Below the pieces are notes generated by a model. It ran no database searches and was not told the DNA's origin. It saw only the letters and a list, made by a program, of their open reading frames with translations. Below, piece by piece: positions 30,992 through 50,623 of a stretch of 64,000 bases of DNA. The position numbers and the translations under genes are program-made. Positions within the stretch are counted from its first letter, which is position 1; each line of letters begins with the position of its first letter. The stretch covers positions 309,170 through 373,169 of the forward strand of contig JAZJZE010000005.1 of the NCBI GenBank assembly GCA_040390065.1, given 5' to 3'. This stretch comes from a bacterium. GTDB taxonomy: Archaea; Thermoplasmatota; E2; JACPAO01; JAHFTW01.

Positions 30992-32235
30992 GCCCGAAGC
31001 CGGCGGCGCGCAAGCCACCGTACGATGTGGCGGCGATTCGCAAAGACTTCCCGATTCTGGCCACGAAGGTCCACGGCAAGCCTCTCGTCTACTTGGACAA
31101 CGCCGCGACCACCCAGAAGCCCAAGGCCGTCCTCGTAGCACTCACCCGCTACTACGAGGCGGACAACGCCAACGTGCACCGCGGCGTGCACCTCCTGTCG
31201 GAGCGAGCCACGAAGGACTACGAGGACGCGCGCGGCAAGGTTGCCCGATTCATCGGCGCAAGCCAAGCCCAGGAGATCGTCTTCACGCGGGGCACGACGG
31301 AGGCCATCAACCTGGTCGCCAACGCGTTCGTCCGTCCGCGCCTCAAGGCTGGCGACGACGTGGTGGTCTCGGCAATGGAGCACCACTCCAACATCGTGCC
31401 ATGGCAGATGGCCTGCCAGGCCACGGGCGCCAGGCTCAAGGTCATCCCGGTCAACGACGCCGGCGAACTCGACATGGTGACCTTCGGCAAACTGCTTGGC
31501 AAGCGGACGAAGTTCCTGTCCATCACCCATACCAGCAACGCCCTCGGCACGGTGAACCCGATCGAGGACATCGTCGAATTGGCGCACGCCAAAGATGTCC
31601 CCGTCCTCGTCGACGGGGCCCAGGCGGTGCCGCACAGCGCGGTCAACGTCGCGAAACTCGATTGCGACTTCTTCGCGGCGTCGGGCCACAAGATGTACGG
31701 CCCGACCGGCATCGGCTTCCTGTACGGTCAACGCGAACACTTGGAGGCCATGCCGCCGTGGCAGGGCGGCGGTGACATGATCCGCTCCGTGTCGTTTGCC
31801 GAGACGACCTACAATGACGTGCCGTACAAGTTCGAGGCGGGGACCCCTGCCATCGCGCAAGCCATCGGCCTCGGCGCCGCCGTGGATTACCTGCAGGGCA
31901 TCGGCATGCAGCGCATCGAGGCTCACGAGTCGCAACTCTTGGCGTACGCCACACCGCTCCTGGAGGCCGTTCCCGGCCTGCGCATGATTGGCACCGCGAA
32001 GCACAAGGCGGCGGTCCTGTCGTTCCACATCGAGGGCATCCACCCGCACGACGTGGGCAGCCTGCTCGACCGCGACGGCATCGCCATCCGCACCGGCCAC
32101 CACTGCGCACAGCCCGTCATGGACCGCTTCGGCGTGCCGGCGACGTCGCGGGCGAGCCTGGGACTCTACAACACGCGCTCCGAGATCGACGCGCTTGTCT
32201 CGTCGCTGCGCAAGGTGGTGAAGCTCTTCGCATGA
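30988..32235 (+). CDS. sufS: Cysteine desulfurase SufS
   Basis: [38 protein letters not shown]. Confidence 0.97.
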   Translation: MSPKPAARKPPYDVAAIRKDFPILATKVHGKPLVYLDNAATTQKPKAVLVALTRYYEADNANVHRGVHLLSERATKDYEDARGKVARFIGASQAQEIVFTRGTTEAINLVANAFVRPRLKAGDDVVVSAMEHHSNIVPWQMACQATGARLKVIPVNDAGELDMVTFGKLLGKRTKFLSITHTSNALGTVNPIEDIVELAHAKDVPVLVDGAQAVPHSAVNVAKLDCDFFAASGHKMYGPTGIGFLYGQREHLEAMPPWQGGGDMIRSVSFAETTYNDVPYKFEAGTPAIAQAIGLGAAVDYLQGIGMQRIEAHESQLLAYATPLLEAVPGLRMIGTAKHKAAVLSFHIEGIHPHDVGSLLDRDGIAIRTGHHCAQPVMDRFGVPATSRASLGLYNTRSEIDALVSSLRKVVKLFA

Positions 32236-32693
32236 GCCCCGAGGATTCGCTTCGCGACCTGTACCAGGACGTCATCCTCGAACACAACAAGCGGCCGCGC
32301 AACTTCCACGCCATCGAGGACGCGGACGCCAAACTGGAGGGCTTCAACCCGCTGTGCGGCGACCGCCTGACGTTGTACATCAAGTTCAAGGGCGACCGCA
32401 TCGCAGACGTCGCCTTCCACGGCGCGGGCTGCGCCATCAGCACTAGTTCCGCGAGCCTCATGACGGAGGCCGTGAAGGGCAAGACGAAGGAGCAGGCGCA
32501 GAAACTGTTCGACGACTTCCGGCGGCTTGTCACGCGCGAGCCGCCGGTCCCAACGAAGGCGGACGTGGGCAAACTTCTGGTCTTCTCGGGCGTCGGCGAG
32601 TTCCCCGCGCGCGTCAAGTGCGCAACGTTGTGCTGGCACACGTTGCACAGCGTCTTGGAGGGCAAGACCGCACAGAAGGTGACGACGGAGTGA
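32232..32693 (+). CDS. sufU: SufU (NifU-like) sulfur-transfer protein
   Basis: [27 protein letters not shown]. Confidence 0.95.
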   Translation: MSPEDSLRDLYQDVILEHNKRPRNFHAIEDADAKLEGFNPLCGDRLTLYIKFKGDRIADVAFHGAGCAISTSSASLMTEAVKGKTKEQAQKLFDDFRRLVTREPPVPTKADVGKLLVFSGVGEFPARVKCATLCWHTLHSVLEGKTAQKVTTE

Positions 32694-33241
32694 TTGCCGG
32701 ATATGTTCCTCTGGCCCGCGACGTCGAGGCCATTTCGATTCCCGACGGCAAGGCCGCGCCGCTTGCGCAGGGGACACCGGTCAAGCTGACGCAGGCGCTC
32801 GGCTTCGCGTATACGGTGCAGACGGAACGCGGAGCGAAGTACCGCATCAATGGGCGCGACGGCGACGCAATCGGCAAGCCCGTGGTCGGTGTCCTGCCTT
32901 CCGGCGCCGAGGTGCCGCACGACGCGGCTTCACTGGAGACCTTGGCCCGTGAACAGCTGAAGGGTGTCTACGACCCCGAGATCCCGGTGGACATCATCAA
33001 CCTCGGACTTGTGCACACTCTCAAGGTGACGCCCGAGGGTTCGGGTTTCCATGCGGAAGTCCGGATGGGGCTGACGGCGCCTGGCTGCGGCATGGGAGAC
33101 GTCCTCGTGCAGGACGTCGTGAAGGCGCTCGAGGCCATCCCCACGATCTCCTCCGTGGATGCGCAGATCGTGCTCTTTCCCGTATGGAATCCGAATACAA
33201 TGATGAGCGAAGCAGCCAAACTGAAGCTGGGCATGATGTAG
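32690..33241 (+). CDS. sufT: SufT (DUF59) Fe-S maturation protein
   Basis: TQALG, YDPEIPVDIINLGL, LTAPGCGMG, MSEAAKLKLG. Confidence 0.92.
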   Translation: MIAGYVPLARDVEAISIPDGKAAPLAQGTPVKLTQALGFAYTVQTERGAKYRINGRDGDAIGKPVVGVLPSGAEVPHDAASLETLAREQLKGVYDPEIPVDIINLGLVHTLKVTPEGSGFHAEVRMGLTAPGCGMGDVLVQDVVKALEAIPTISSVDAQIVLFPVWNPNTMMSEAAKLKLGMM

Positions 33242-33303
33242 GTTCGCCGGAAATCCACATCATGACCCCAAACGCTTTACGCTCGAAGCCTAGCCTTCCC
33301 ATC

Positions 33304-33768
33304 ATGCGCGTCCTCGCAGTCGCCGCCTTCGTCGCGGCCATGACCCTCGCCGGTTGCTCCGGCAACTCCGACCAGTCCTCCACGACCACGACCAGCCCGA
33401 CGTCGTCGTCGGGCGGTATGGACCACATGATGGCCATGACTTACCAGGTCAGCATGCAGGGGAACGCTTTCGGCAATACCTCGCTCACGGTGATGTCCGG
33501 CGACGTGGTCGTCTGGACGCACAACGACCCGGCGACGACGGCGCACACCGTCACCAGCGACACCGGCGCGCCCGAGGGCTTCGACTCCAACCCCAACTGC
33601 GCCGGCCCGATCCCGGTCAACCAGGGCCCGCCAGCGGACATCTGCATGACGTCGGGCAAGACGTACTCGCACACCTTCATGAAGGAAGGCAGCTACGGCA
33701 TCCACTGCAAAATCCACGGCCAGATGAAGATGACCGTCATCGTCGCGGCCATGAACATGACGATGTAG
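33304..33768 (+). CDS. Cupredoxin (halocyanin/plastocyanin-like) lipoprotein
   Basis: Lipobox LAGC and type-1 Cu ligands HTVT...HCKIHGQM. Confidence 0.85.
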   Translation: MRVLAVAAFVAAMTLAGCSGNSDQSSTTTTSPTSSSGGMDHMMAMTYQVSMQGNAFGNTSLTVMSGDVVVWTHNDPATTAHTVTSDTGAPEGFDSNPNCAGPIPVNQGPPADICMTSGKTYSHTFMKEGSYGIHCKIHGQMKMTVIVAAMNMTM

Positions 33769-33802
33769 TCAGGCTCATCACCTGAGGGATGCTTCGTCTG
33801 GC

Positions 33803-34258
33803 GTGAAGCTGGTCGCCGCCTTGGCCGTCGTGGCCCTTCTGCTCGCGGGTTGCGGGGGCACCGGTCCCGTGTCGTCCCACTCAACGCCTCCCAAGGGCGG
33901 CGGTTCGACCGCACCGTTTACGCCCTCGTCGACCACGTCCTCGACGACGTCAAGTTCCACCACGACCAGTCCCTCGTCGTCATCAAGCCCGCCGGCTCCA
34001 GTCGTCCACCAGGTCAGCATCCACGATTCGTCCTTCGATCCGGCGCAGATCACGATTGGACGGGGCGAGGCGGTGCGGTGGACCAATAACGACGGCACCC
34101 ACCATACCGTGACGTCGACGAGCGGCGCACCCGCATCCTTCGACTCGCCGGACCTAGGCCAGGGCGCGACGTTTTCCTTCACGTTCGCTGCGGCCGGGAC
34201 ATACCCATACCACTGCCGCTACCATTCGGGGATGGTCGCGTCCGTCCTCGTCCAGTAA
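33803..34258 (+). CDS. Cupredoxin lipoprotein (second copy)
   Basis: Lipobox LAGC, Ser/Thr linker, HTVT...HCRYHSGM. Confidence 0.87.
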   Translation: MKLVAALAVVALLLAGCGGTGPVSSHSTPPKGGGSTAPFTPSSTTSSTTSSSTTTSPSSSSSPPAPVVHQVSIHDSSFDPAQITIGRGEAVRWTNNDGTHHTVTSTSGAPASFDSPDLGQGATFSFTFAAAGTYPYHCRYHSGMVASVLVQ

Positions 34259-34285
34259 TGGGCCCTTCCAGTTCAACGTCATATC

Positions 34286-34395
34286 GAACATGTTCACGTT
34301 TTTCCGACATGTTGGGTACTTCGAGGATTGCCAATAGAGGCATTTTCCAGGAGTAAACAAGGGGAGATGGCCCACCCGGACAAGGCTTTACATAT
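34286..34395 (+). promoter_or_regulatory. Putative promoter region of the carboxylase-PKS operon
   Basis: TATA-like TTTACATA at 34387-34394, about 28 nt before ATG 34418. Palindromes GAACATGTTC (34286-34295) and CCGACATGTTGG (34304-34315). Confidence 0.45.
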
Positions 34396-34417
34396 CGGGA
34401 CCTTGGCCGTGGCGCTG

Positions 34418-36097
34418 ATGAATCCACCTGCCCACCCCTCCAAGGCCGAAGCCGTCAAGACGACAGGCCACGGGGAGGCGAAAGCGACGACCACGAAGCC
34501 GGCCGCCAAGGCCCCCGGCGGGCAGACCAACGGCGCCGGCCTCGACCCCGTGTCGCGTCTGCGGGAACGCAAGGCCCAGGCCATGATGGGAGGCGGGTTG
34601 GCGCGCATCGCGGCGCAGCACGAGAAGGGCAAATACACGGCCCGCGAACGCATCGATTTGCTCGTCGACCCGGGCACGTTTGTCGAGATCGACCCGTTCG
34701 TGCGCAGCCAAGCCACGGGTTTCGGCATGGACAAGCAGCGCTTCGACGGCGACGGCGTCGTGACCGGGTTCGGCTACGTCGACGGCCGGATCGTCTACAT
34801 CTACAGCCAGGACTTCACGGTCCTCGGCGGCTCGCTCGGCAACGCCACGGCGTCCAAGATCTGCAAGGTCCAGGACATGGCCGTGAAAAACGGCGCGCCC
34901 ATCATCGGCTTCAACGACTCCGGAGGCGCCCGAATCCAGGAAGGCGTTGCGGCGCTCGCCGGCTACGGGGATATCTTCTTCCGCAACGTCAACGCAAGCG
35001 GAGTCGTACCGCAGATCTCCGTCATCGTTGGCCCGTCCGCGGGTGGCGCAGTCTATTCCCCCGCCATCACGGACTTCGTCCTCATGGTCGAGGACACGTC
35101 CCACATGTTCGTGACCGGCCCCGACGTCGTGAAGACCGTGACGGGCGAGGATGCAAGCCAGGAAGAGCTCGGCGGCGCATCCGTGCACGCCGTCAAGTCC
35201 GGCGTCGCCCACTTCTCGGGCATCGACGAGGACGAGACCATCCAGATCCTGAAGCGCCTCATCGGCTACCTGCCGTCCAACAACCTGTCGGAACTGCCCG
35301 TGACGAAGCCGACGGACGACCGTTTCCGCATGGACGAGGCGCTGGACACGATCGTCCCGGACAACCCGAACAAGCCCTACGACATGCGCAACGTCCTCGA
35401 CATGGTCATGGACAAGGGCTCCTTCTTCGAGATCCAGCCGCGGTGGGCACAGAACGTCGTCATCGGCTTTGCCCGCCTCGATGGCTACCCCATCGGCGTC
35501 GTGGCCAACCAGCCCGCCGTCATGGCCGGCGCCCTCGACATCGAATCCAGCATCAAGGCCGCGAAGTTCATCCGTTTCTGCGACGCCTTCAACTTCCCCA
35601 TCGTGAGCTTCGTCGACGTCCCCGGCTTCCTGCCCGGACTGGGCCAGGAGCACGGCGGCATCATCCGCAACGGCGCCAAACTCCTCTACGCGTACTGCGA
35701 GGCAACGGTGCCAAAGTTGTGCGTCATCACGCGCAAATCCTACGGCGGCGCATACATCGTCATGTCGTCCAAGCACGTGGGCTCCGACATGAACTTCGCC
35801 TGGCCCGGCGCCGAGATTGCCGTCATGGGCGCGGAGGGCGCCGTGCAAATCCTCTACAAACGGGAACTCTCGAAGCTCGCGGAAGGCGACCCCGTCAAGG
35901 CCAAGGAGTTGCAGGCCACGTTCCAGAAAGAGTACCAGGAGAAGTTCGCGAACCCGTACGCGGCCGCCGAGCGCGGCTGGATCGACGACGTCATCGAACC
36001 CAGCGAGACCCGGCCCCGCCTCATCGCGGCGTTGTGGCCGCTCATCAACAAGCGCGAGCTGCGGCCCGCCAAGAAACACGGGATCATCCCGCTGTGA
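34418..36097 (+). CDS. pccB: Acyl-CoA carboxylase carboxyltransferase subunit
   Basis: GDGVVTG, DFTVLGGS, DSGGARIQEG, VDVPGFLPG, YGGAY, AVMGAEGA, KKHG. Acetyl- versus propionyl-CoA specificity cannot be read from the sequence. Confidence 0.93.
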   Translation: MNPPAHPSKAEAVKTTGHGEAKATTTKPAAKAPGGQTNGAGLDPVSRLRERKAQAMMGGGLARIAAQHEKGKYTARERIDLLVDPGTFVEIDPFVRSQATGFGMDKQRFDGDGVVTGFGYVDGRIVYIYSQDFTVLGGSLGNATASKICKVQDMAVKNGAPIIGFNDSGGARIQEGVAALAGYGDIFFRNVNASGVVPQISVIVGPSAGGAVYSPAITDFVLMVEDTSHMFVTGPDVVKTVTGEDASQEELGGASVHAVKSGVAHFSGIDEDETIQILKRLIGYLPSNNLSELPVTKPTDDRFRMDEALDTIVPDNPNKPYDMRNVLDMVMDKGSFFEIQPRWAQNVVIGFARLDGYPIGVVANQPAVMAGALDIESSIKAAKFIRFCDAFNFPIVSFVDVPGFLPGLGQEHGGIIRNGAKLLYAYCEATVPKLCVITRKSYGGAYIVMSSKHVGSDMNFAWPGAEIAVMGAEGAVQILYKRELSKLAEGDPVKAKELQATFQKEYQEKFANPYAAAERGWIDDVIEPSETRPRLIAALWPLINKRELRPAKKHGIIPL

Positions 36098-36101
36098 GAC
36101 C

Positions 36102-36794
36102 ATGGTCCAGACCTCCCGCACGTTGCAGATCGAGTTGCCCCCGCCGTTCCCGGCAAACTTCCTCGATTACGTCACGGACGCAGCCCTCAGCCTGCCACAG
36201 ACCTCCGCCACCGTGGAGTTGACGCACGCACTCGCCGCCGTCGGCTACCGCTACCGCGCCATGCACGACGCTCAACGGATGCTGCAGGGCTCGCTCGCAG
36301 TCACAGTGCGCGGCCGCACTCCGGAGGAGAAATTCGTGCAGGACAGCCACCTTATGCACTTCCTGACCGACGGCCTGTCCTCCATCGAAGCCCTGGCTTT
36401 CTCCGCCTACCTCTGCGGCCACCTCACGAACGCGCCGCGCTTTCCCATCCACGCCGGAGCCTTGGCCAAGGTCACGCCGATGTCAGTCGAGAAGCTGTTC
36501 CGCCGCACCTTGCCCCAGGCCGGCCTCACGGCAAGCCTTCGCCGCTTGTGCCGCGCCCGCGAATTCGAGGAATGGAAATCCATGCGCACGACGCTCACCC
36601 ACCGCAGCCAACCCGCCCTTCAGCCCCACCACTTGCTGGTCAGTAAAGTGGCAGAGCTCGACGAAACCTGGCTCCGGCGCAAGCGCGGCTGGCTCGACGA
36701 CCAGATCCTCGTCCTTCTGCGTGAGCTGTTGTCCTTCATGGGCAAGGAAGTCCAGGTGCAGCACGCGCAACCGGTCCACGTGCTGGTGAACTAG
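36102..36794 (+). CDS. Hypothetical alpha-helical protein with HEPN-like R-x4-H motif
   Basis: ATG 4 nt after the carboxyltransferase stop, and its own stop abuts the PKS ATG. Contains EWKSMRTTLTHR. Confidence 0.6.
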   Translation: MVQTSRTLQIELPPPFPANFLDYVTDAALSLPQTSATVELTHALAAVGYRYRAMHDAQRMLQGSLAVTVRGRTPEEKFVQDSHLMHFLTDGLSSIEALAFSAYLCGHLTNAPRFPIHAGALAKVTPMSVEKLFRRTLPQAGLTASLRRLCRAREFEEWKSMRTTLTHRSQPALQPHHLLVSKVAELDETWLRRKRGWLDDQILVLLRELLSFMGKEVQVQHAQPVHVLVN

Positions 36795-45938
<9,144 letters not shown>

Positions 45939-45984
45939 CGGCCGATACCGTCAAACGGCTCGCGCCGCTGGCCGGGGTGTCCCC

Positions 45985-47580
45985 ATGAGCACCTTCTCGA
46001 AGATCCTGGTCGCCAACCGCGGCGAGATCGCCTTGCGCATCATGCGCACCGCGCGCGAGATGGGCATCAAGACCGTCGCCATCCACTCCCCGCAGGATGC
46101 GCGGGCGCCGCACGTTCGCTTTGCCGAGGAAGCCTACCTCATGGGCAACGAGGCGACGGCGACGAACTACCTCAACATCCAGGGCATCGTCGACTTGGCC
46201 AAGGAGGTCGGCGCCGACGCCGTCCATCCCGGCTACGGCTTCCTCTCCGAGCGCGCCGAATTCGCGGAAGCGTTGGGCAAGGCCGGCATCAAGTTCATCG
46301 GGCCGCCCCCCGGACCAATCCGCATCCTCGGTGACAAGGTCGCATCCAAGGTCGCAGCGCGCAAGGCCAACGTGCCCGTCGTCCCCGGCAAGGACGAATT
46401 CGTCAGCACCCTCGACGAGGCCAAGGGCGTCGTCAAGCTCACCGGCTACCCCGTCATCATCAAGGCAGCCTTCGGCGGCGGCGGCATGGGCATGCAGGTG
46501 GTGCAGAACGAGGGCGAACTCGCCGCGGCGCTCGCGGCAACACAGCGCCAAGCCAAGGCAGCCTTCGGTCGCGGCGAGGTGTTCATCGAGAAGTTCATCC
46601 AGCGCCCGCGCCACATCGAGTTCCAGTTCCTCGCCGACGAGCACGGCAACGTCGTGCACTATGGCGAACGCGAATGCAGCGTGCAGCGGCGGCACCAGAA
46701 ACTCATCGAGGAGGCGCCAAGCCCAATCTTGCCCGCTTCCGAACGCGACCGCGTCGGCGCTGCCGTGTGCAAACTCGCAAAGGACGTCGGGTACTGGAAC
46801 GCCGGCACGGCCGAGTTCCTCTTCGACACGGACGCTCCCGGCGGCGGCCAGTTGTACTTCAACGAGGTCAACACGCGCCTGCAGGTCGAGCACCCTGTCA
46901 CGGAGCAAGTGTACGGCGTCGACTTGGTGCGTGAACAGATCCGCATCGCGCAAGGCGAGCCCCTCGGCTACGACCAGAAATGGGTCGACAGCCGCAGGCG
47001 GGGCTGGGCCATCGAGTGTCGCATCAACGCCGAGGACCCGCGCAACAAGTTCATGCCGACGCCGGGGACCATCCACCGGCACTTCCCGCCCAACGGCAAC
47101 GGCGTCCGGCTGGACACGTACCTGTACTCCGGGTTCACCGTGCCAAGCTCGTACGACTCGATGGTGGCGAAACTCATCACGTATGGTCAGGACCGAAACG
47201 AGGCCATCCGCAAGATGCGACGCGCCTTGGCCGAGTACGACCTCGGGAACCTCGTCACGAACCGCGAACTGCACCAAGTCATCTTCCACGACGAAGCGTT
47301 CTGCAAAGGGGAGATGACGACGCGGTTCCTGGACGACCGCAAGATCCTCGACAAACTCATGGGCGTGCAGGCCGCCGTCGACCACGCGACGAAGCAGAAA
47401 CTCGCGGCACTTGCAGCCGCACTTGCCCAGGAACCAGGCGGCATCGACTCCCTCGTCCAGAAATCCTACCAGTTCCAGCAAAGCCAGGCCAAGAATGTCG
47501 GCGTCGACGAATTCGGCCGGCGCAAACTCTCCGCGTGGGGCCGCCGTGGCCGCTACGAGGGCCAGGGCCGGGTGCACTGA
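45985..47580 (+). CDS. accC: Biotin carboxylase subunit
   Basis: KILVANRGEIA, HPGYGFLSE, GGGGMG, RECSVQRRHQK, EVNTRLQVEH, ECRINAED. Confidence 0.95.
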   Translation: MSTFSKILVANRGEIALRIMRTAREMGIKTVAIHSPQDARAPHVRFAEEAYLMGNEATATNYLNIQGIVDLAKEVGADAVHPGYGFLSERAEFAEALGKAGIKFIGPPPGPIRILGDKVASKVAARKANVPVVPGKDEFVSTLDEAKGVVKLTGYPVIIKAAFGGGGMGMQVVQNEGELAAALAATQRQAKAAFGRGEVFIEKFIQRPRHIEFQFLADEHGNVVHYGERECSVQRRHQKLIEEAPSPILPASERDRVGAAVCKLAKDVGYWNAGTAEFLFDTDAPGGGQLYFNEVNTRLQVEHPVTEQVYGVDLVREQIRIAQGEPLGYDQKWVDSRRRGWAIECRINAEDPRNKFMPTPGTIHRHFPPNGNGVRLDTYLYSGFTVPSSYDSMVAKLITYGQDRNEAIRKMRRALAEYDLGNLVTNRELHQVIFHDEAFCKGEMTTRFLDDRKILDKLMGVQAAVDHATKQKLAALAAALAQEPGGIDSLVQKSYQFQQSQAKNVGVDEFGRRKLSAWGRRGRYEGQGRVH

Positions 47581-48071
47581 TGCGATACTCGTTCCAACTC
47601 AACGGGCGCCGCTTCATGGTCAACCTCGAGGAACATGCTGATGGCCCGCGCTACGTCGTCGAGGACGAGACGTTCGCCCCCAAGGTGGAAGCGCTCGGCA
47701 AGGGCCGCTACAAGGTGACAATCGGCCACCAGCGGTACGAGTTCAGCATCCACAACGGCATCGTCATGGAGGGCCCGCGCAACCTCGACCTAGAGGTCCG
47801 CCGCGAGCGCCCTGAACTGGCACGCAGCAAGTCCGGCGGCCGCAAGAACGACGGCAAGATCAGGCCCCCGATGCCCGGCAAGATCGTCGAAGTCAAGGTC
47901 AAGGAAGGCCAAGAGGTCGCGGAAGGCGACGTCCTCGTGGTGCTCGAGGCGATGAAGATGCAAAACGACCTCAAGTCGCCGATTGCAGGGACCGTCAAGC
48001 GCGTGCACGTGCAGGACGGGGCCAACGTCGAAGCGACGGCTGTGCTGTTGGAGATCACGCCCAAGGCCTGA
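47580..48071 (+). CDS. accB: Biotin carboxyl carrier protein
   Basis: PMPGKI and the EAMKM biotinylation motif. TGATG overlap with accC. Confidence 0.93.
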   Translation: MRYSFQLNGRRFMVNLEEHADGPRYVVEDETFAPKVEALGKGRYKVTIGHQRYEFSIHNGIVMEGPRNLDLEVRRERPELARSKSGGRKNDGKIRPPMPGKIVEVKVKEGQEVAEGDVLVVLEAMKMQNDLKSPIAGTVKRVHVQDGANVEATAVLLEITPKA

Positions 48072-48174
48072 TTCCGGCGGCAGGCACCCGCGGGGGGCCG
48101 GCGCCGCGACGCATCGGGCCCATTCTATCCAATCGCTTACAAGAATTGAAATCCCGGACGTTTCTCCTGCCGGC

Positions 48175-49788
48175 GTGTCGCGAACGCACCGTGGGCATGA
48201 GGCCATCAAGGTCGGGGAAGCGGCATCGCTTGGCGTCGCGGCACCTGCCCTGCTTGACGAAGAACCAGACACCGACGGCACGCAGGCCGTGCTGGTCGTC
48301 CATGGCATGGGTCAAGGCATCCGCCTGTCGACGCTCGAACTTCTGACGACGGCCCTGCAGTGCGCCGACGTGCGGCACCAGGAGGAACTCGGGGAGAAGC
48401 ACGCCGTGCCACCCGTCCCCGTGGCGAGGACCGTTCGCATCGGCGACACCGAACTGCAGCGCGCGGAATTTGCCATCCGTTCCATGGACCGGCATGGCAA
48501 CCCGGCATTGACCAACGTCCACGTGTACGAGGCATACTGGGCACCCGTCACCGAAGGCGCAACCAACCTGCGGGGCGTCATGGCATTCCTGTGGCGGGCC
48601 GGATGGACGGGCTTCTGGCGCTCGGCGCGTTTCCACCGCTGGATGTTCCAGCACCCCGTCCAATACCCCAAGTCCGTCGGATGGCTCATCCGGGCCGCGG
48701 TCCTCTTCACCCTGGCCATCCTGGGCTCGCTCGTCGCCCTGAACACCGTGATTGGCGTCCAGGCGGCCGCCATGTTCGTCCCCGGAGGCAACGGATGGCC
48801 GTCGCCGGCCCAGCTTCGCGACCTGAACTGGACCGCATTGGCAGCGACCTTCTCGATCTTGGCTTTCCTGGCCTTCGCCCTGCCAGCCCATTGGCTGCGA
48901 AAGGGTCGATGGCGACCCGCTGCGGCTGCCATCGGCTGGATTGGCCTCGTGATGTTCTACGTGACGGGCCTGGCCGTCATCGCGGCCGCCGCCGCCAGCA
49001 TCGCCTCGCTGGCTCGGGGTCCGGCTGGCCTGGGACTGTTCCCGCAAACGACGCCGTTGGCCCATCCCGGCCTCTGGCTGTGGCTGCTGTGGATCCCATT
49101 GGTCGTGGCCTCGTATTTCATCCGGCGCTGGATTGTCGATTACATCGGCGACGTCGCCGTGTACGTATCGCCGCAGTACCTGGACGCGTTCGACGAGAAG
49201 CGCGGGGAAATCAAGAAGCGCACCATGGCGGCCGCGGTCGCCCTGTACGCCGCTCGGACGAAAAACGGCGCCCGGCAGTACGAAAGCGTCGCCATCGTCG
49301 GACATTCACTCGGCTCCGTCATCGCCTACGATGCACTCAACGCAATGCTCGCCCGCGACGAGATCGACGGCCATCCGCACGCCGTCCTTGCCCGGACATC
49401 GATGTTCCTGACCTTTGGGTCCCCCCTCGACAAGACGGCGTTCTTCTTCGGTAGCCTGGGGCGTGGAAAGCACCACTTGCGAGAGGGCTTTGCGGCTGCC
49501 ACGCAACCCCTCATCCAGGATTACGCCACGTACCGCAAGGTTCCGTGGGTCAATGTCCATTCTCGCGCCGACATCATCAGCAACCAACTTTCCTTCTACG
49601 ATGTCATGCCCCCGAGGAATGACTTGCAATCGCGCAATCGTGTTCGAAACATTCGCGATCCCCAGGCGTTGGGCCCAATCATGGCGCACAACGAATACTG
49701 GGGAAATGCACGAGTCTGGGACGGACTCCACGTGGCGCTGCGTGGCGACGATGTTCGGGCCTGGGCGGATCCCCTGGCCTCGAAGTGA
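48175..49788 (+). CDS. Membrane-embedded alpha/beta serine hydrolase
   Basis: VVHGMG, about 4 internal TM helices, GHSLG, TFGSPL, ADIIS, AHNEYW. Start uncertain (GTG 48175 chosen). Confidence 0.7.
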   Translation: MSRTHRGHEAIKVGEAASLGVAAPALLDEEPDTDGTQAVLVVHGMGQGIRLSTLELLTTALQCADVRHQEELGEKHAVPPVPVARTVRIGDTELQRAEFAIRSMDRHGNPALTNVHVYEAYWAPVTEGATNLRGVMAFLWRAGWTGFWRSARFHRWMFQHPVQYPKSVGWLIRAAVLFTLAILGSLVALNTVIGVQAAAMFVPGGNGWPSPAQLRDLNWTALAATFSILAFLAFALPAHWLRKGRWRPAAAAIGWIGLVMFYVTGLAVIAAAAASIASLARGPAGLGLFPQTTPLAHPGLWLWLLWIPLVVASYFIRRWIVDYIGDVAVYVSPQYLDAFDEKRGEIKKRTMAAAVALYAARTKNGARQYESVAIVGHSLGSVIAYDALNAMLARDEIDGHPHAVLARTSMFLTFGSPLDKTAFFFGSLGRGKHHLREGFAAATQPLIQDYATYRKVPWVNVHSRADIISNQLSFYDVMPPRNDLQSRNRVRNIRDPQALGPIMAHNEYWGNARVWDGLHVALRGDDVRAWADPLASK

Positions 49789-49852
49789 TTCCGAGCTCTA
49801 CGCCGGCGTTGTCGCGGCCAAAGGCTTCAATCCCGCCTAGCATGCCCAGCCC

Positions 49853-50623
49853 GTGTCCGTCGTCCTGTGCGACATCGATGACAAGGGCATCGCGACCCTG
49901 ACCATCAACCGCCCCGAAGCCTTGAATGCCCTCAACGCCGACGTGCTCGACGTCCTTGGCTCGACGGTCAAGGGCCTACATGGCAAAGCAAAGGCCATCC
50001 TCGTCACGGGCTCGGGCAAGGCATTCGTTGCCGGCGCAGACATTGCGGCGATGGCGAACCTGAACGGCGAACAGGCTGCAGCGTTCTCACGAAAGGGCCA
50101 GGCTGCATTCCAGGAGCTGTGCGATTTCCCCGGCCCCGTCGTCGCGGCCGTGAATGGCTACGCCCTCGGTGGCGGCCTCGAACTCGCCCTGGCCTGCGAC
50201 ATCATCATCGCGTCCGACAAGGCCAGCGTGGGACAACCGGAGGTCTCGCTAGGCGTGGTACCCGGCTTCGGTGGTTCGCAGCGTTTGCCCCGACGCGTCG
50301 GCCCCGGTATCGCGAAGTTCCTCCTCATGACCGGCGACCGGGTCAAGGCCGACGTGGCGCTGCAGATGGGCATCGTCGACCGCGTCGTGCCGCACGACAC
50401 CCTCATCCCGGAATGCCGCAAACTCCTCGAAACGATTCTGGCACACGGCCCGCTGGCGGTTGCATCGGTCAAGAAGCTCGTCGACGAGGGCCTCGAGACG
50501 GACTTGTGGGAAGGCCTTGAGTTCGAAGCGGAGGGCTTTGGCGCGTCGTTCAGGACCGCGGACCAGAAGGAAGGCATGAAGGCGTTCCTGGAGAAGCGGA
50601 CGCCGACATTCACGGGCCACTAG
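49853..50623 (+). CDS. Enoyl-CoA hydratase (crotonase)
   Basis: INRPEALNAL, FVAGADI, ALGGGLELALACD, QPEVSLG. Confidence 0.94.
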   Translation: MSVVLCDIDDKGIATLTINRPEALNALNADVLDVLGSTVKGLHGKAKAILVTGSGKAFVAGADIAAMANLNGEQAAAFSRKGQAAFQELCDFPGPVVAAVNGYALGGGLELALACDIIIASDKASVGQPEVSLGVVPGFGGSQRLPRRVGPGIAKFLLMTGDRVKADVALQMGIVDRVVPHDTLIPECRKLLETILAHGPLAVASVKKLVDEGLETDLWEGLEFEAEGFGASFRTADQKEGMKAFLEKRTPTFTGH

